64,000 nucleotides of DNA from Candidatus Omnitrophota bacterium (GCA_023248155.1 JAHFFE010000001.1:20873-84872), one strand, 5' to 3'. Shown: positions 43,494 through 54,009, counted from the first letter of the stretch. Notes: generated from the sequence alone by a model not told the origin. A program made the numbers and translations.

Positions 43494-44330
43494 CTACTCC
43501 TCCAGAAACCCCATCGCGCGCAGGCTCAATGCTTGCCGGCCTGCGATAATCAGATGGTCCAGTACCGGAATCCCGATCAACTGACCGGCTTCCATGAGGC
43601 GGCGGGTTAGCGCGATATCTTCGGAGCTGGGATCCGGATCGCCCGACGGATGGTTGTGCGCCACGATGATCGCGGCCGCGCCCTCGGTAATCGCCTCGCG
43701 AAACGTTTCACGCGGATGGACCACGCTCATATCGAGCGTGCCGATTGAAACAGACGATGCGCGCAAAACGCGGTGGCGCGAATCAAGCAGGATCACGACG
43801 AATTGTTCTTTTTTCTTTCCGGAGAGTACTTTGCGCGCCGCAGCAATGGCAGTCTCCACCGTTTCAATCGCCTTGCTCGACGGATAGCTGGCCGCCAGTT
43901 CCAGCCGGCGGCCGATTTCAAATGCCGCTTTCAGCTGCACCGCTTTGGCCTGGCCGATCCCGGACACGCGGGCCAGTTCACCGACGGAGGCCTGCGCCAG
44001 TTTATCGAGCGAGCCGTATTTCTGAAGCAGTTTTTGTGAAAGCGCGATCACCGATTCGCCCGCCGAGCCGCGGCCCAGCAAACAGGCCAGCAGTTCCTGC
44101 AATGAAAGCGCTTCAGGGCCAAGCGCATGCATCCGTTCGCGCGGCCGTTCGGACGACGGCAGGTCTCTGACAGTAAACGCCGCTTTCGGACGACGGGACG
44201 CCTGAGCGCTCTTGCCCGATTTAAGCGCTTTTTCGCGCAGTTCCGATTTCCAAAGATTCAGCGCGAGTGCGGCCACATTCGGTGCGTCCAGAAAAACAGC
44301 GGGTTGCGGGTTCGGTGGATTGTCGTTCAT
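43494..44330 (-). CDS. radC: RadC-family JAB/MPN domain protein
   Basis: IIVAHNHPSGDPDPSSEDIALTRRL gives the JAMM-like HxHPSG..S..D motif, with an N-terminal HhH region. Confidence 0.8.
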   Translation of the reverse strand: MNDNPPNPQPAVFLDAPNVAALALNLWKSELREKALKSGKSAQASRRPKAAFTVRDLPSSERPRERMHALGPEALSLQELLACLLGRGSAGESVIALSQKLLQKYGSLDKLAQASVGELARVSGIGQAKAVQLKAAFEIGRRLELAASYPSSKAIETVETAIAAARKVLSGKKKEQFVVILLDSRHRVLRASSVSIGTLDMSVVHPRETFREAITEGAAAIIVAHNHPSGDPDPSSEDIALTRRLMEAGQLIGIPVLDHLIIAGRQALSLRAMGFLEE

Positions 44331-44333
44331 CCG

Positions 44334-45128
44334 TTAGTCTCCAAATTGTTCCTGCACGCGCTCAATCGAGAGCGCCTTGCCGGTTTGCGGATCGATATCA
44401 ATAATCGCGCCGCACAATTTCACATTCCCCTTGGCTACATCAAATTTATTCGGCATGCCGGTTAAAAAGCGGTCGAGCACCGGCTCTACTTCGCGGCCGA
44501 TCACTGAATCGTACGGGCCGGTCATTCCCAAATCGGTCAGATAGGCGGTCCCTTTCGGAAGGATTCGCTCGTCGGCAGTCTGAATATGTGTGTGCGTGCC
44601 GACCACGGCGCTGACTTTTCCGTCGAGGTACCAACCCATCACGATTTTTTCCGAAGTCGCTTCGGCATGCATATCGACTAAAATGATCGGTGTCTGCTTG
44701 CGGATCTCTTCAATCTGCGCCATTCCCAAGCGGAACGGATCATCGAGCGCGTCAATGCCCATGAAAACACGCCCCAGCAAATTCACTACGCCGACTTTTA
44801 CGCCGTTGCGCGCCGTATAAACATAAGCGCCAAAACCGGGCGTTTGTTTGGGGTAATTCAACGGTTTGAGCAGGCGCGGTTCGGCATCCATGTACGGGCC
44901 GATCTCGCGGTAGCGCCAGATATGCTGGCCGCTGGTCAGCATGTCGACGCCCGATACGGCGAGCAGTTCCTCGGCCGCTTTCGGCGTAACACCGGCGCCG
45001 CCGGAAACATTTTCACAGTTGACGGCCGTAAAATCGATTTTGTGCTTGGCGCGTAAAACCGGCACCAGCGCCTTTACGGCATCGCGCCCCGGAGAACCCA
45101 CCACATCGCCTACCATCAAAATTTTCAA
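44334..45128 (-). CDS. YmdB-like metallophosphoesterase (TIGR00282 family)
   Basis: MKILMVGDVVGSPGRDAV...NCENVSGGAG...GQHIW matches this family's conserved N-terminus. Confidence 0.8.
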   Translation of the reverse strand: MKILMVGDVVGSPGRDAVKALVPVLRAKHKIDFTAVNCENVSGGAGVTPKAAEELLAVSGVDMLTSGQHIWRYREIGPYMDAEPRLLKPLNYPKQTPGFGAYVYTARNGVKVGVVNLLGRVFMGIDALDDPFRLGMAQIEEIRKQTPIILVDMHAEATSEKIVMGWYLDGKVSAVVGTHTHIQTADERILPKGTAYLTDLGMTGPYDSVIGREVEPVLDRFLTGMPNKFDVAKGNVKLCGAIIDIDPQTGKALSIERVQEQFGD

Positions 45129-45694
45129 CGAAGCACCCTTTTTTCGGTCACTACGCGGCAGACCTTCTGATCGTGCGGTTCGTGCGGAACCTGCGCGACA
45201 ATCTGCGTCTCAAACGCCAGCGCCACACGCCAGACATCGCCCGGCAATTTTTCCAGATAACGGTCAAAATAACCTTTGCCGCGTCCCAGCCGGTACCCTT
45301 CGGCGTCAAACGCCACGCCGGGCAGAATCACCAGATCCAGATCGGCCGGTTTCACCTGCCGTCTGCGCGCAACCGACGGGTGAGGAATGCCGAACAGGCC
45401 AATCGTTTTAAGATCTTTTTCCAGGTTGCGCACGCGGCAGGCAATCAATTTTCCATCGGGAAGCGCCACCGGAACGCTTAAGCGCCGGCCGGACCGCAAA
45501 ATGCGGCGCAGCAGCGAGCGGGTATCCACCTCTTCACGGACGGAGACATAACAAAGAACATCTTTCGCCTGCCGATAGGCGGCTAACCGGGTCAATTTCT
45601 GCGTGATAACGCGGCTTTTTCGAACCCGAAGCGCAGCGGATTGTCGGTGAAGATCTTTGAGGATTGTCTGACGCAAACGACGCTTATCGATCAT
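45125..45694 (-). CDS. 5-formyltetrahydrofolate cyclo-ligase
   Basis: 189 aa. PGVAFDAEGYRLGRGKGYFDRYL is the MTHFS signature. Confidence 0.75.
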   Translation of the reverse strand: MIDKRRLRQTILKDLHRQSAALRVRKSRVITQKLTRLAAYRQAKDVLCYVSVREEVDTRSLLRRILRSGRRLSVPVALPDGKLIACRVRNLEKDLKTIGLFGIPHPSVARRRQVKPADLDLVILPGVAFDAEGYRLGRGKGYFDRYLEKLPGDVWRVALAFETQIVAQVPHEPHDQKVCRVVTEKRVLR

Positions 45695-45731
45695 CCGGAA
45701 TTCAGAATAACACAGGCGGGCTTAAAATGCC

Positions 45732-45768
45732 AACGCCTCTGTTTCCCAGGTGAAACAGAGGCGTTTTT
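45732..45768. terminator. Palindromic intrinsic terminator in the cymR/MTHFS intergenic region
   Basis: 14-bp stem AACGCCTCTGTTTC/GAAACAGAGGCGTT with a 6-nt loop and a TTTTT run. Confidence 0.55.
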
Positions 45769-46067
45769 ACTCAATGACCGGCAGCTGGCTGTCCTGCAAA
45801 ATAGTCCGGTGAATTCTTATCCGGAACATCATCGGCATATCATGCCGGACCCTTTAGCTTTGCGTCCCTATCTTTCGATCTGCGCCCTTTTTTCATGTAA
45901 GCGCATTCATCCGGCGCTGTGCCGTATGAAGGTTTGCCGAAAACACGGCCTGAGTTGGCAACCACTTACTACGGGTATTATCCAGGCAAACGAAATATAC
46001 CTGATACTTTTATACAATGGCAAGAGTGCAAAAATATTTTAGTGGAATAAAACTTTATCTAGGGAGG

Positions 46068-46499
46068 CTAGATATGGAACGTGTAGCGATGGGAAATCGG
46101 CGCGGCGGCCTGCTCGCGCGCCTGCGCAGCCAGCGCTTCCAGCGTGGTCGCTTCCAGCGAGCGGGCAACCGCCTTCTCGACTTGCTGCCAGACGGCGCGG
46201 GCCGGATCCGCAGCAGACCCGGCTTTCTTAAGCGAAAGGCCTTTGGGTTCAACGATTTCAAAAATCAGCTGGATTGGAATTTGTTTGGCCGGTTTTTTGA
46301 GGCGGTATCCTCCGCGCGGACCGCGCGCCGCCTCGACTAACCCCTTGCGGCGAAGCTGGTTAAACAGCTGCTCCAGCGAGCGGACTGGAATCGACTGCCG
46401 CTTGGCAATTGCCGCGACGGTAACAGGGCCGCTGCCCTGGTGGACCGTCAGGTCGACCAGCGCCTTGACTGCATAGCTGAACCGGTTGGAGGGGCGCAT
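46068..46499 (-). CDS. Rrf2-family transcriptional regulator lacking Fe-S Cys ligands (CymR-like)
   Basis: 143 aa with an N-terminal wHTH (YAVKALVDLTVHQGSGPVTVAAIAKRQSIPVRSLEQLFNQLRRKGLV...GPRGGYRL). No Cys triad is present. It lies immediately downstream of cysK. Confidence 0.75.
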   Translation of the reverse strand: MRPSNRFSYAVKALVDLTVHQGSGPVTVAAIAKRQSIPVRSLEQLFNQLRRKGLVEAARGPRGGYRLKKPAKQIPIQLIFEIVEPKGLSLKKAGSAADPARAVWQQVEKAVARSLEATTLEALAAQAREQAAAPISHRYTFHI

Positions 46500-47431
46500 T
46501 AAAATTCCTCAAAATACGGATCGAGACTCAAGTACCGCTCGCCGGTATCCGGCAAAATCACCACGACTGTTTTACCGGGACCCAGTTTCTCGGCGACCTT
46601 CAGCGCCGCGCAAACAGCAGCCCCTGCTGAAATACCGACCAAAAGTCCTTCTTCCTTGGCCAGCCGGCGCGCCATGGTGTAGGCATCCATATCGTCAATT
46701 GGAATAATCTCATCAATGATTTCACGATTCAAAACTTCCGGAATAAATCCGGCTCCGATTCCCTGAATCCGGTGATGGCCGGCCGGTTTTCCGGAAAGAA
46801 CAGCCGAGCTGACCGGCTCAACGGCGATGATTTTTGTAGTGGGATCTTTTTTCTTCAGCGCTTCACCGACGCCGGTGATAGTGCCGCCGGTGCCGACACC
46901 GGCCACAAACGCATGGATGTCGCCCTCGATAGTGTGCAAAATTTCCTGCGCCGTAGTTTGCCGGTGAATGCGCGGATTGGCTGGATTTGAAAACTGCAGC
47001 GGCATGAATGCGCCAGGGATCGTTGCCGTTAATTCCTGCGCTTTTTTAATGGAGCCGGCCATTCCTTCGGGCGCCGGCGTGATCACCACCTCGGCGCCGA
47101 ACCGCTCCAATAAACTGACGCGCTCGGTGCTCATCCCTTCGGGCAGCGTGAGAATCAGCCGGTAGCCGCGCACGGCCGCGATCATCGCCAGCCCGATGCC
47201 GGTGTTGCCGCTGGTCGGCTCGACAATCGTGCCGCCGGCTTTAAGCAAATCCCGCTTCTCGGCGTCGTCGATCATCGCCAGCGCGATCCGGTCTTTCACG
47301 GACCCGCCCGGATTGAACGATTCAATCTTCGCGACAATGGTGGCCATCTTCGAGTTGACGACTTTGGTTAACTCGACCATCGGCGTATCGCCGATTAATT
47401 CCACGACGGATTTTGCAACTTTTCGGCTCAT
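46499..47431 (-). CDS. cysK: Cysteine synthase A (O-acetylserine sulfhydrylase)
   Basis: 310 aa with a PLP lysine region (NPGGSVKDR) and GTGGT and SSG motifs. Confidence 0.9.
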   Translation of the reverse strand: MSRKVAKSVVELIGDTPMVELTKVVNSKMATIVAKIESFNPGGSVKDRIALAMIDDAEKRDLLKAGGTIVEPTSGNTGIGLAMIAAVRGYRLILTLPEGMSTERVSLLERFGAEVVITPAPEGMAGSIKKAQELTATIPGAFMPLQFSNPANPRIHRQTTAQEILHTIEGDIHAFVAGVGTGGTITGVGEALKKKDPTTKIIAVEPVSSAVLSGKPAGHHRIQGIGAGFIPEVLNREIIDEIIPIDDMDAYTMARRLAKEEGLLVGISAGAAVCAALKVAEKLGPGKTVVVILPDTGERYLSLDPYFEEF

Positions 47432-48711
47432 CGAATCCCCTGCAATGCTTTCTTGTGTGCGTTTAATGTCATCTCAATTTCTTTTTTTCCATGCGCCGCC
47501 GATACAAACCAGGCCTCGTACGCCGAGGGCGGCAGATAAATACCCTGCGTGAGCATCGCCTGAAAATAGCGGGCATATTTTTTCGCGTCGGCACGGCGCG
47601 CGCCGGCGGCATCACGAACAGAACCCTTTATAAAAAAGAGTGTCAGTAAACTGCCGGCCCGGCAAACCGTCACAGCAACACCGGCTTCGCGTGAAATTTT
47701 TTCCAGACCTTTTTTCAGCGTCTGCGCATTTTTTTCCAGCTGCGCGTAAAGACCCGGCTTTCGAAGCGCCTTCAGTGTCGCCAGCCCGGCGGCCATTGCC
47801 ACCGGATGCCCCGACAAAGTGCCGGCCTGATAAACCGGACCCAGCGGCGCAACCTGTTTCATGAATTTGCGCGGCCCGCCGTAGGCTGCGGCTGGAAATC
47901 CACCGCCGATAATTTTTCCGAGCGTCGTTAAATCAGGCTTAACGCCGTAGAGCCGTTGCGCGCCGCCGTAGCTTAACCGGAAACCGGTGATCACCTCGTC
48001 GAAAATCAACAGCGCGCCGTACTTTCGCGTAATCGCGCGCAATCCTTTCAAAAACCCGGGCTCCGGCGATAACACGCCGATATTGGCGCCGGCCGGTTCC
48101 ACCAGCAAGCAGGCAATTTTCCGACCCTCGCGCGCGAACAATTTTCGCACGGCAGAAAGATCGTTGTAGCCGACAGTCAGCGTATCGCGCGCCACCGCTT
48201 TTGGAACGCCGGCCGATGCCGGAAGTCCCAGCGTGGCCAGACCCGACCCCGCTTTACTGAGCAGCGCGTCGGAATGACCGTGGTAACCGCCGTCGAATTT
48301 CACGATTTTCGTGCGGCCGGTCACGGCGCGCGCCAGACGAACCGCGCTCATCACCGCTTCGGTGCCGGAAGAAACAAACCGGACCTGCTCGATCGACGGA
48401 ATTGCGCACGAAATTTCTTTCGCCAGTTCAGTCTCATCGGGCGTCGGCGTGCCGAAAATAGTGCCGCGCTGCAGCGCTTTTTGCGCGGCGGCAATCACCG
48501 ACGGCGGGCGGTGCCCCAAAATCAGAGCGCCCCACGATCCGACATAATCGACGTACCGTTTCCCCTCGACATCCCAGAGATACGGTCCCTGTCCGCGGCG
48601 CACGAAAAACGGACGGCCGCCCACGCCCCGGAACGATCGGACAGGGGAATTAACGCCGCCGACCAGATATTTCTGCGCTTCGCTCCAACAGCGCGCGTTG
48701 GTTTGTTTCAT
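47428..48711 (-). CDS. hemL: Glutamate-1-semialdehyde 2,1-aminomutase
   Basis: 427 aa, class-III aminotransferase with a PLP Lys in FDEVITGFR. Confidence 0.9.
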   Translation of the reverse strand: MKQTNARCWSEAQKYLVGGVNSPVRSFRGVGGRPFFVRRGQGPYLWDVEGKRYVDYVGSWGALILGHRPPSVIAAAQKALQRGTIFGTPTPDETELAKEISCAIPSIEQVRFVSSGTEAVMSAVRLARAVTGRTKIVKFDGGYHGHSDALLSKAGSGLATLGLPASAGVPKAVARDTLTVGYNDLSAVRKLFAREGRKIACLLVEPAGANIGVLSPEPGFLKGLRAITRKYGALLIFDEVITGFRLSYGGAQRLYGVKPDLTTLGKIIGGGFPAAAYGGPRKFMKQVAPLGPVYQAGTLSGHPVAMAAGLATLKALRKPGLYAQLEKNAQTLKKGLEKISREAGVAVTVCRAGSLLTLFFIKGSVRDAAGARRADAKKYARYFQAMLTQGIYLPPSAYEAWFVSAAHGKKEIEMTLNAHKKALQGIR

Positions 48712-48714
48712 CGA

Positions 48715-50499
48715 TTACGCCGCGCACTCTCCCTTGCCGACTTCCAGCTTGAACACGCCGGTCGCACCGAGATCTTCGTACAGTTCCGGTTTTTCCGAGA
48801 ACGCCGGCAGAACACGGAACGGATCCATTTCCTTCTTCAACCGCTCAACGCCCAACCGCTCGACCCAGGCGCGGAACTGTTCCGTCCCCTGCTTTTCGGT
48901 CTTGTACAGATCCAGCAGTTTCTTGATCGCTTCGGAGACGCGCTTGGCCGGAATCATTCCGAGCCGGTAACCGAACTGCGCGACCCCTTCCGCGGTGCGC
49001 CCGCCGACGAGCACCTGATAATGCGGAACCATATGCCCGTTGAGTTCGCTCGATGCGCCGTGGAATCCAAGATCGGCGATATGATGCTGTCCGCACGAAT
49101 TGGGACAGCCGCTGATCTTGATCGTGAGATTCTTGAGAACCGGATCGGTCACGAACGGCGCGCCGCCGTTGGTGAAAATATCTCCGACGGCCTGCGCGAG
49201 ACCACGCGAACGGGTGATCGCGATCTGGCAGGTGTCAGCACCCGGGCAGCGCGTCACATCGGCGACGGAGCCGGCATCGGACTGCGCCAGATTCAACTGC
49301 GCCAGTTCGTTATAAACCGCCTGCAGCGCTGCTTCCGGAACCCACGGAATCAGCAGGTTCTGCGAAATCACGGTGCGCAGATGCCCGCCGCTGTAAGCGC
49401 GCGCGATTTTCGCGACGCCATGCATTTGCGGAACCGTGATGTCTCCCAGCAAACAGCGAACCTGGACCGAAAAATATCCGGCCTGTTTCTGCTTCAAAAC
49501 ATTCGTGTCCTTCCAGCGCTGAAAATGCTCGGTCTGAACGGGCAGCGCCGACGGGATCGACTTCGGTTTCGGGGGAGCTGCCTGTTCGTAAACCGGCATA
49601 TCCCATTCCAAGCTGCCGGGCCGCGTCATGATCGTGGCGTTGCGTTCGTCCTCGAACTGCTTTCGGAATTCGTCGATGCCCCATTTCTTGATCAGAAATT
49701 TGATGCGCGCCGTGTTCTTGTTTTTGCGATCACCGAACCGGTCGAACAAACGGATTACCGCTTCAATCGTCGGAATCAGTTTATCGGCCGGCGTAAATTC
49801 CTCGAGAACATGCGCCTGAAACGGCACGGTGCCCAATCCGCCGCCGACGAATGTTTTAAATCCGCGAACCTCTTTTCCGTCGACCATCTGAATCCGCGCC
49901 ACGGCGCCGAAATCGTGAATGCCGACGCGCGCATGATCGGTCGGGCAGCCTTCGAACGCGATTTTGAATTTTCGCGGAAGGTTCTGGCAGACTGGATGCC
50001 GCAGGAAATAACGGCTGACCGCATCGGCGTACGGAACGACATCGAACAACTCTTCGGCCGAAAGTCCGGCGTACGGGCAGGCGCTCACATTGCGGACCGT
50101 GTTGCCGCAGGCTTCGCGCGTGGTCAGGCCCGATTTCGTTAACCGCTTCAAAATGGCCGGGACTTGCGGCCGCTTGAGCCGGTGCATCTGGATCGCCTGG
50201 CGCGTGGTGATGTGCGCCACTTTCGGCGTGGCATACTGATCGGCCACGTCGGCGATCGCGTCGAGCTGGTCGGCTGTCATCAATCCGAAGCGGATTTTCA
50301 CGCGGACCATATGCTCGTCCATCGTGCCGCGGATGCCGTAGATTCCGTTCTCGAGACGGAACCGGCGGAAATTATCCATATCCAGTTTCTGCGCCTCGAG
50401 CTGGCGGATCTCCTCCTCGAAACGGGAGATTTCGCGCGCCTGCGCTTCCGGATTAATCAACGCGTCAATGCGGTGCTGCGGATCGTCTATCGTTGCCAT
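48715..50499 (-). CDS. Ferredoxin-type sulfite/nitrite reductase (sirohaem and [4Fe-4S])
   Basis: 594 aa with two NIR_SIR repeats and cluster/sirohaem Cys motifs (TRCPGADTCQ, SGCPNSCGQHH). Confidence 0.8.
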   Translation of the reverse strand: MATIDDPQHRIDALINPEAQAREISRFEEEIRQLEAQKLDMDNFRRFRLENGIYGIRGTMDEHMVRVKIRFGLMTADQLDAIADVADQYATPKVAHITTRQAIQMHRLKRPQVPAILKRLTKSGLTTREACGNTVRNVSACPYAGLSAEELFDVVPYADAVSRYFLRHPVCQNLPRKFKIAFEGCPTDHARVGIHDFGAVARIQMVDGKEVRGFKTFVGGGLGTVPFQAHVLEEFTPADKLIPTIEAVIRLFDRFGDRKNKNTARIKFLIKKWGIDEFRKQFEDERNATIMTRPGSLEWDMPVYEQAAPPKPKSIPSALPVQTEHFQRWKDTNVLKQKQAGYFSVQVRCLLGDITVPQMHGVAKIARAYSGGHLRTVISQNLLIPWVPEAALQAVYNELAQLNLAQSDAGSVADVTRCPGADTCQIAITRSRGLAQAVGDIFTNGGAPFVTDPVLKNLTIKISGCPNSCGQHHIADLGFHGASSELNGHMVPHYQVLVGGRTAEGVAQFGYRLGMIPAKRVSEAIKKLLDLYKTEKQGTEQFRAWVERLGVERLKKEMDPFRVLPAFSEKPELYEDLGATGVFKLEVGKGECAA

Positions 50500-50501
50500 C
50501 G

Positions 50502-51602
50502 TTATGCCCCTCGCTTGTTGGACAGCCAGTGTGCCAGTTCTTTTGCGTAATAAGTGATGAAAAAATCCCCGCCGGCGCGCCGCATCGCGGTGGCCAGTTC
50601 CAAAACAGTTCGTTTCTCGTCGAGCCAGCCGCGCGCCACAGCCGCTTTTACCATCGCGTATTCGCCGCTGACCTGATAAACCGCCGTAGGCCAGTTGAAT
50701 TCTTTTTTAACGGCGCGCACCACATCGAGGTACGCCATTGCCGGCTTGACCATCACGCAGTCGGCGCCTTCTTCAATATCGAGCGCTGTTTCACGCAGCG
50801 CTTCTTCCAGATTGGCCGGGTCGATCTGATAACCGCGCCGGTCGCCCAATCGCGGCGCCGAAGCCGCCGCGTCGCGGAACGGTCCGTAAAATGCCGACGC
50901 ATATTTGACCGAGTAACTTAAAATCGGCAGTGATGAGAATCCGTCCTGGTCCAGCGCCTTTCGAATCGAGGCCACCTGCCCGTCCATCATCGCCGACGGA
51001 GCGACCATATCGGCGCCGGCGCGCGCATGCGCGACAGCCGCGGCCGCCAGCAATGGAAGCGTTGCCGCGTTATCGACGCTGCCATGGGGCGACGGACGCC
51101 AGAGCCGCACCTTAAACGGTTTGCGCATGATGACGCCGGAAATACCCGGCTGGCTTAATACGCCGCAATGGCCATGGTCGGTATATTCGCATAAACAAAC
51201 ATCGGCGATCACGGCCAGATTGGGTGCCGCTTTTTTAATGGCGCGGATCGCCTGCGGAACAATGCCGTGCTCATCGTAGGCGCCCGACCCCTGCGCATCT
51301 TTAATTTTCGGGATGCCGAATAACAAGACGGCGCCGACTCCCAACTTCGAAAGTTCTTTGGCCTCAGCCGCGACGCTGGAAACGGAATGGCGCACCACGC
51401 CCGGCATTGACGCCACGGGCTGCGGCTTGCGCTGCGATTTCTCGGTGACAAACAACGGCGCAACCAGTTTTCCGGCGCTGAGTCCGCTCTCGCGCGTCAA
51501 ACCGCGCAGCAGCGGATTCTGCCGTATCCGGCGCGGCTGTTGTTTCGGATAACCGCTCAGTTTCACTGGCTGATCGCTTTCATTAATCCGTCCAATGTCC
51601 AT
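50502..51602 (-). CDS. hemB: Porphobilinogen synthase (delta-aminolevulinate dehydratase)
   Basis: QQPRRIRQNPLLRGL (compare RPRRLR) and the active-site region VSGEYAMVKAA. The start is taken at the internal MDIGRINES (51600-51602); the longer track N-terminus overlaps cobA/hemD. Confidence 0.8.
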   Translation of the reverse strand: MDIGRINESDQPVKLSGYPKQQPRRIRQNPLLRGLTRESGLSAGKLVAPLFVTEKSQRKPQPVASMPGVVRHSVSSVAAEAKELSKLGVGAVLLFGIPKIKDAQGSGAYDEHGIVPQAIRAIKKAAPNLAVIADVCLCEYTDHGHCGVLSQPGISGVIMRKPFKVRLWRPSPHGSVDNAATLPLLAAAAVAHARAGADMVAPSAMMDGQVASIRKALDQDGFSSLPILSYSVKYASAFYGPFRDAAASAPRLGDRRGYQIDPANLEEALRETALDIEEGADCVMVKPAMAYLDVVRAVKKEFNWPTAVYQVSGEYAMVKAAVARGWLDEKRTVLELATAMRRAGGDFFITYYAKELAHWLSNKRGA

Positions 51603-53071
51603 TCCCTTTTTTTCGGGAGCCTCACTTTTTTGATGCCGCCCCGCCTTAACGCATCGGCTGTCGCCGGACCGATGGCAATCATCGCGATGCCGTCCGTCGC
51701 TTGGGCCGGCGAAAGTTTCGCTGCTTTCAGCGCACGGACAAATCCGCGCGCCGTCGATGCCGAAGTAAATGTGGCCGCATCCAGTCCGTTCAGCGCTTTC
51801 TTCAGCGCCGCCGGCGCCACGGCCGTTTCGATCGTTTCGTAAACAATCCATTCGGTCAGCCGGGCTTCCTGCCTGCGCAGCCATTTTGCGAACGAATCGC
51901 CGGCGCCCAAATTCGAGCGCGGAATCAAGATCCGTTTCCCTTTCAACGAAAATTTTTTCAGCGCGTTTTGTAAACCGGCCGTCGACGATTCCGACGGAAC
52001 CAGGTTCGCTTTCAAACCGGCCGCTTTCACCGATGCCAGCGTGCGCGGACCGATCGCCGCCACTTTTCCGCGAACCAATCGCGGCAGCCGTTTGCCCGCG
52101 CGGCGCATCAACCGGTCGAGCGTTTCAACACCGTAATGGCTGTTGAATAAAATCCAATCGTAGTCCGGCAACGTCTGCGCGAATTCTAAAATTTCGGTCC
52201 GGCTTTTACGGAGCGGACGAATCATCACGGTCGGAAGAAGCACCGGTTCCATTCCGGCGGCGATCAACCGCTCTTTCAAGCCGTGCTGATCGCCGGAATC
52301 GCGCGTGATCAAAACTTTTTTCTTTTTTCTGCCGAACCGCCCGGCCAGCGAAACCACTTCGCCGATAATCGCAATCACCGGAGAACTGAATTCCGGCCTG
52401 TTTTTCAATTCGGCTTCAATCGTTCCAAGCGTGCTGATCAAAATTTCCTGTTCCGGCATCGACGCCCAGCGAATCAGCGCGATCGGCGTTTTGGCCGGCC
52501 GTCCTGCGCGAATCAGCCGCCGCACAATGTCCGAGAGCACCGCCCGTCCCATTAATACCACGACGGTGTCGGCCCCCTTCGCCAGCGCATTCCATTGAAC
52601 CGACGGTCTTTTCCAGGCCGCCTGATGCCCCGTCACGAATGCCACGCTGGAACTGGTCTGGCGGTCGGTTAACGGAATCCCGACAGCCGCGGCCGCCGCC
52701 CACGGAGAACTGACGCCCGGAATAATTTCATAAGGGACACCGGCTTCGCGCAGCGCTTCCATCTCTTCGGTAATCCGCCCGAACAGCGTCGGATCGCCGC
52801 CCTTGAGCCGGACCACGCAGCGGACCTGTCCCGCTTTCTTGATCAACAGCCGGTTGATCCGCGCCTGACCTGCGCCCTGCGCCGCCGGCCCCTTGCCGGC
52901 ATAAATGGTTTCACAACTTTTTTTTACCAGCTTCAACAGCGCGCGATTCAACAGCCGGTCATAAATCACGCAGTCGGCCCGGCGCAGTAACGCAGCCCCC
53001 TTGCGCGTAATCAACTCCGGATCGCCCGGCCCCGCGCCGACTAAATAAACGGTGCCGCGCGTTTGCTTCAC
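51563..53071 (-). CDS. Fused uroporphyrinogen-III C-methyltransferase (CobA/SUMT) and uroporphyrinogen-III synthase (HemD)
   Basis: 502 aa. The N-terminus VYLVGAGPGDPELIT carries the SUMT GxGxG SAM motif; the C-terminal ~250 aa form a HemD-like fold. Confidence 0.75.
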   Translation of the reverse strand: MKQTRGTVYLVGAGPGDPELITRKGAALLRRADCVIYDRLLNRALLKLVKKSCETIYAGKGPAAQGAGQARINRLLIKKAGQVRCVVRLKGGDPTLFGRITEEMEALREAGVPYEIIPGVSSPWAAAAAVGIPLTDRQTSSSVAFVTGHQAAWKRPSVQWNALAKGADTVVVLMGRAVLSDIVRRLIRAGRPAKTPIALIRWASMPEQEILISTLGTIEAELKNRPEFSSPVIAIIGEVVSLAGRFGRKKKKVLITRDSGDQHGLKERLIAAGMEPVLLPTVMIRPLRKSRTEILEFAQTLPDYDWILFNSHYGVETLDRLMRRAGKRLPRLVRGKVAAIGPRTLASVKAAGLKANLVPSESSTAGLQNALKKFSLKGKRILIPRSNLGAGDSFAKWLRRQEARLTEWIVYETIETAVAPAALKKALNGLDAATFTSASTARGFVRALKAAKLSPAQATDGIAMIAIGPATADALRRGGIKKVRLPKKREWTLDGLMKAISQ

Positions 53072-54006
53072 TGCTTTGTAGCCCAGGCTCCGTACAACAA
53101 CCGGTCCGCGCCGACCGCGCGCAGGTGGCTGGCCAGCTCGATGCCCAATTTCTTCGCCGTGCGCACCGATCCGGAAACCGATTTCCGAAACGCGCGCTGT
53201 CCGTCGGGTGAAAGCACAACCGCTTCCAGCGTCAAATGATCTTCCTGCACACGGCCCAGCGCTCCAATCGGAACGCGGCAGCTGCCGCCCATCGCTTTCA
53301 AAAAAGCCCGTTCGGCCTCAACTTCACAGCGCGTCGGCAGATCTTCAAGTCCAATTAACATTTTTTGCAGTTCGGTGGAATCAGAACGGGTCTCGATCGC
53401 CAGCGCGCCCTGCGCGGGCGACGGCATCATATGAATCGGATCTAGATATTCGGAAATCCGTGTTTCCATGCCCAACCGTTTCAAGCCGCAAGCCGCCAAT
53501 ACGATCGCGCCATACTCACCGGCGTCCAGCTTGCGCATCCGCGTATCGACATTGCCCTGAATCGGCACATATTCCAGATCACGCCGCAGCCGCTTCAACT
53601 GCGAAATCCGGCGTATTGAACTGACTCCTATTTTCGTTTCAGGCGGGAGTGTCTTCAAAGTTTGCCCGGACACAGCCGCGACCAATGCATCGCGCGGATC
53701 TTCCCGCTTTAAAACCGCCGCGATCTTCAAACCGCGCGGCAGATCGCTCTCCAGATCTTTGGCCGAATGAATCGCCAGATCAACCCGTCCGCTCAACAGC
53801 GCTTCTTCGATTTCTTTGACGAACAGTCCCTTGATCGCCGTTTGCGCGCGCGTTTCAGCCGGCATGGTATCGCCGCTGGTTTTAATCTGCACCAGCTCGA
53901 CCGATAACCCCGGCTGCGCCGCTTCAATCAGCGCTTTGACCTGGCCGGCCTGCGCCAATGCCAGAGCTGATCCGCGCGTTCCGATTTTAAGAACCGTCGT
54001 TTCCAT
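53068..54006 (-). CDS. hemC: Hydroxymethylbilane synthase (porphobilinogen deaminase)
   Basis: 312 aa with KIGTRGSALALAQA and a cofactor-binding Cys near the C-terminus. Confidence 0.9.
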   Translation of the reverse strand: METTVLKIGTRGSALALAQAGQVKALIEAAQPGLSVELVQIKTSGDTMPAETRAQTAIKGLFVKEIEEALLSGRVDLAIHSAKDLESDLPRGLKIAAVLKREDPRDALVAAVSGQTLKTLPPETKIGVSSIRRISQLKRLRRDLEYVPIQGNVDTRMRKLDAGEYGAIVLAACGLKRLGMETRISEYLDPIHMMPSPAQGALAIETRSDSTELQKMLIGLEDLPTRCEVEAERAFLKAMGGSCRVPIGALGRVQEDHLTLEAVVLSPDGQRAFRKSVSGSVRTAKKLGIELASHLRAVGADRLLYGAWATKQ

Positions 54007-54009
54007 TGA

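Noticed and set aside
45775-46067. Candidate ncRNA (SRP, RNase P, tmRNA or 6S) in the 290-nt gap between the cymR-like gene and the terminator
   Set aside because: None of the hallmark motifs of those RNAs are present, and only trivially short ORFs occur. The region is left as probable promoter or operator sequence.
45641-46340. Plus-strand ORFs 45641-46042 and 46017-46340
   Set aside because: The second is antisense to the Rrf2 regulator. The first spans the intergenic terminator hairpin and has no Shine-Dalgarno. Both are treated as non-coding.
48274-50142. 622-aa plus-strand ORF
   Set aside because: It is antisense to the sulfite reductase/hemB region and has an Arg/Ala-rich low-complexity translation typical of GC-rich antisense frames. 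The minus-strand genes have clear family motifs.
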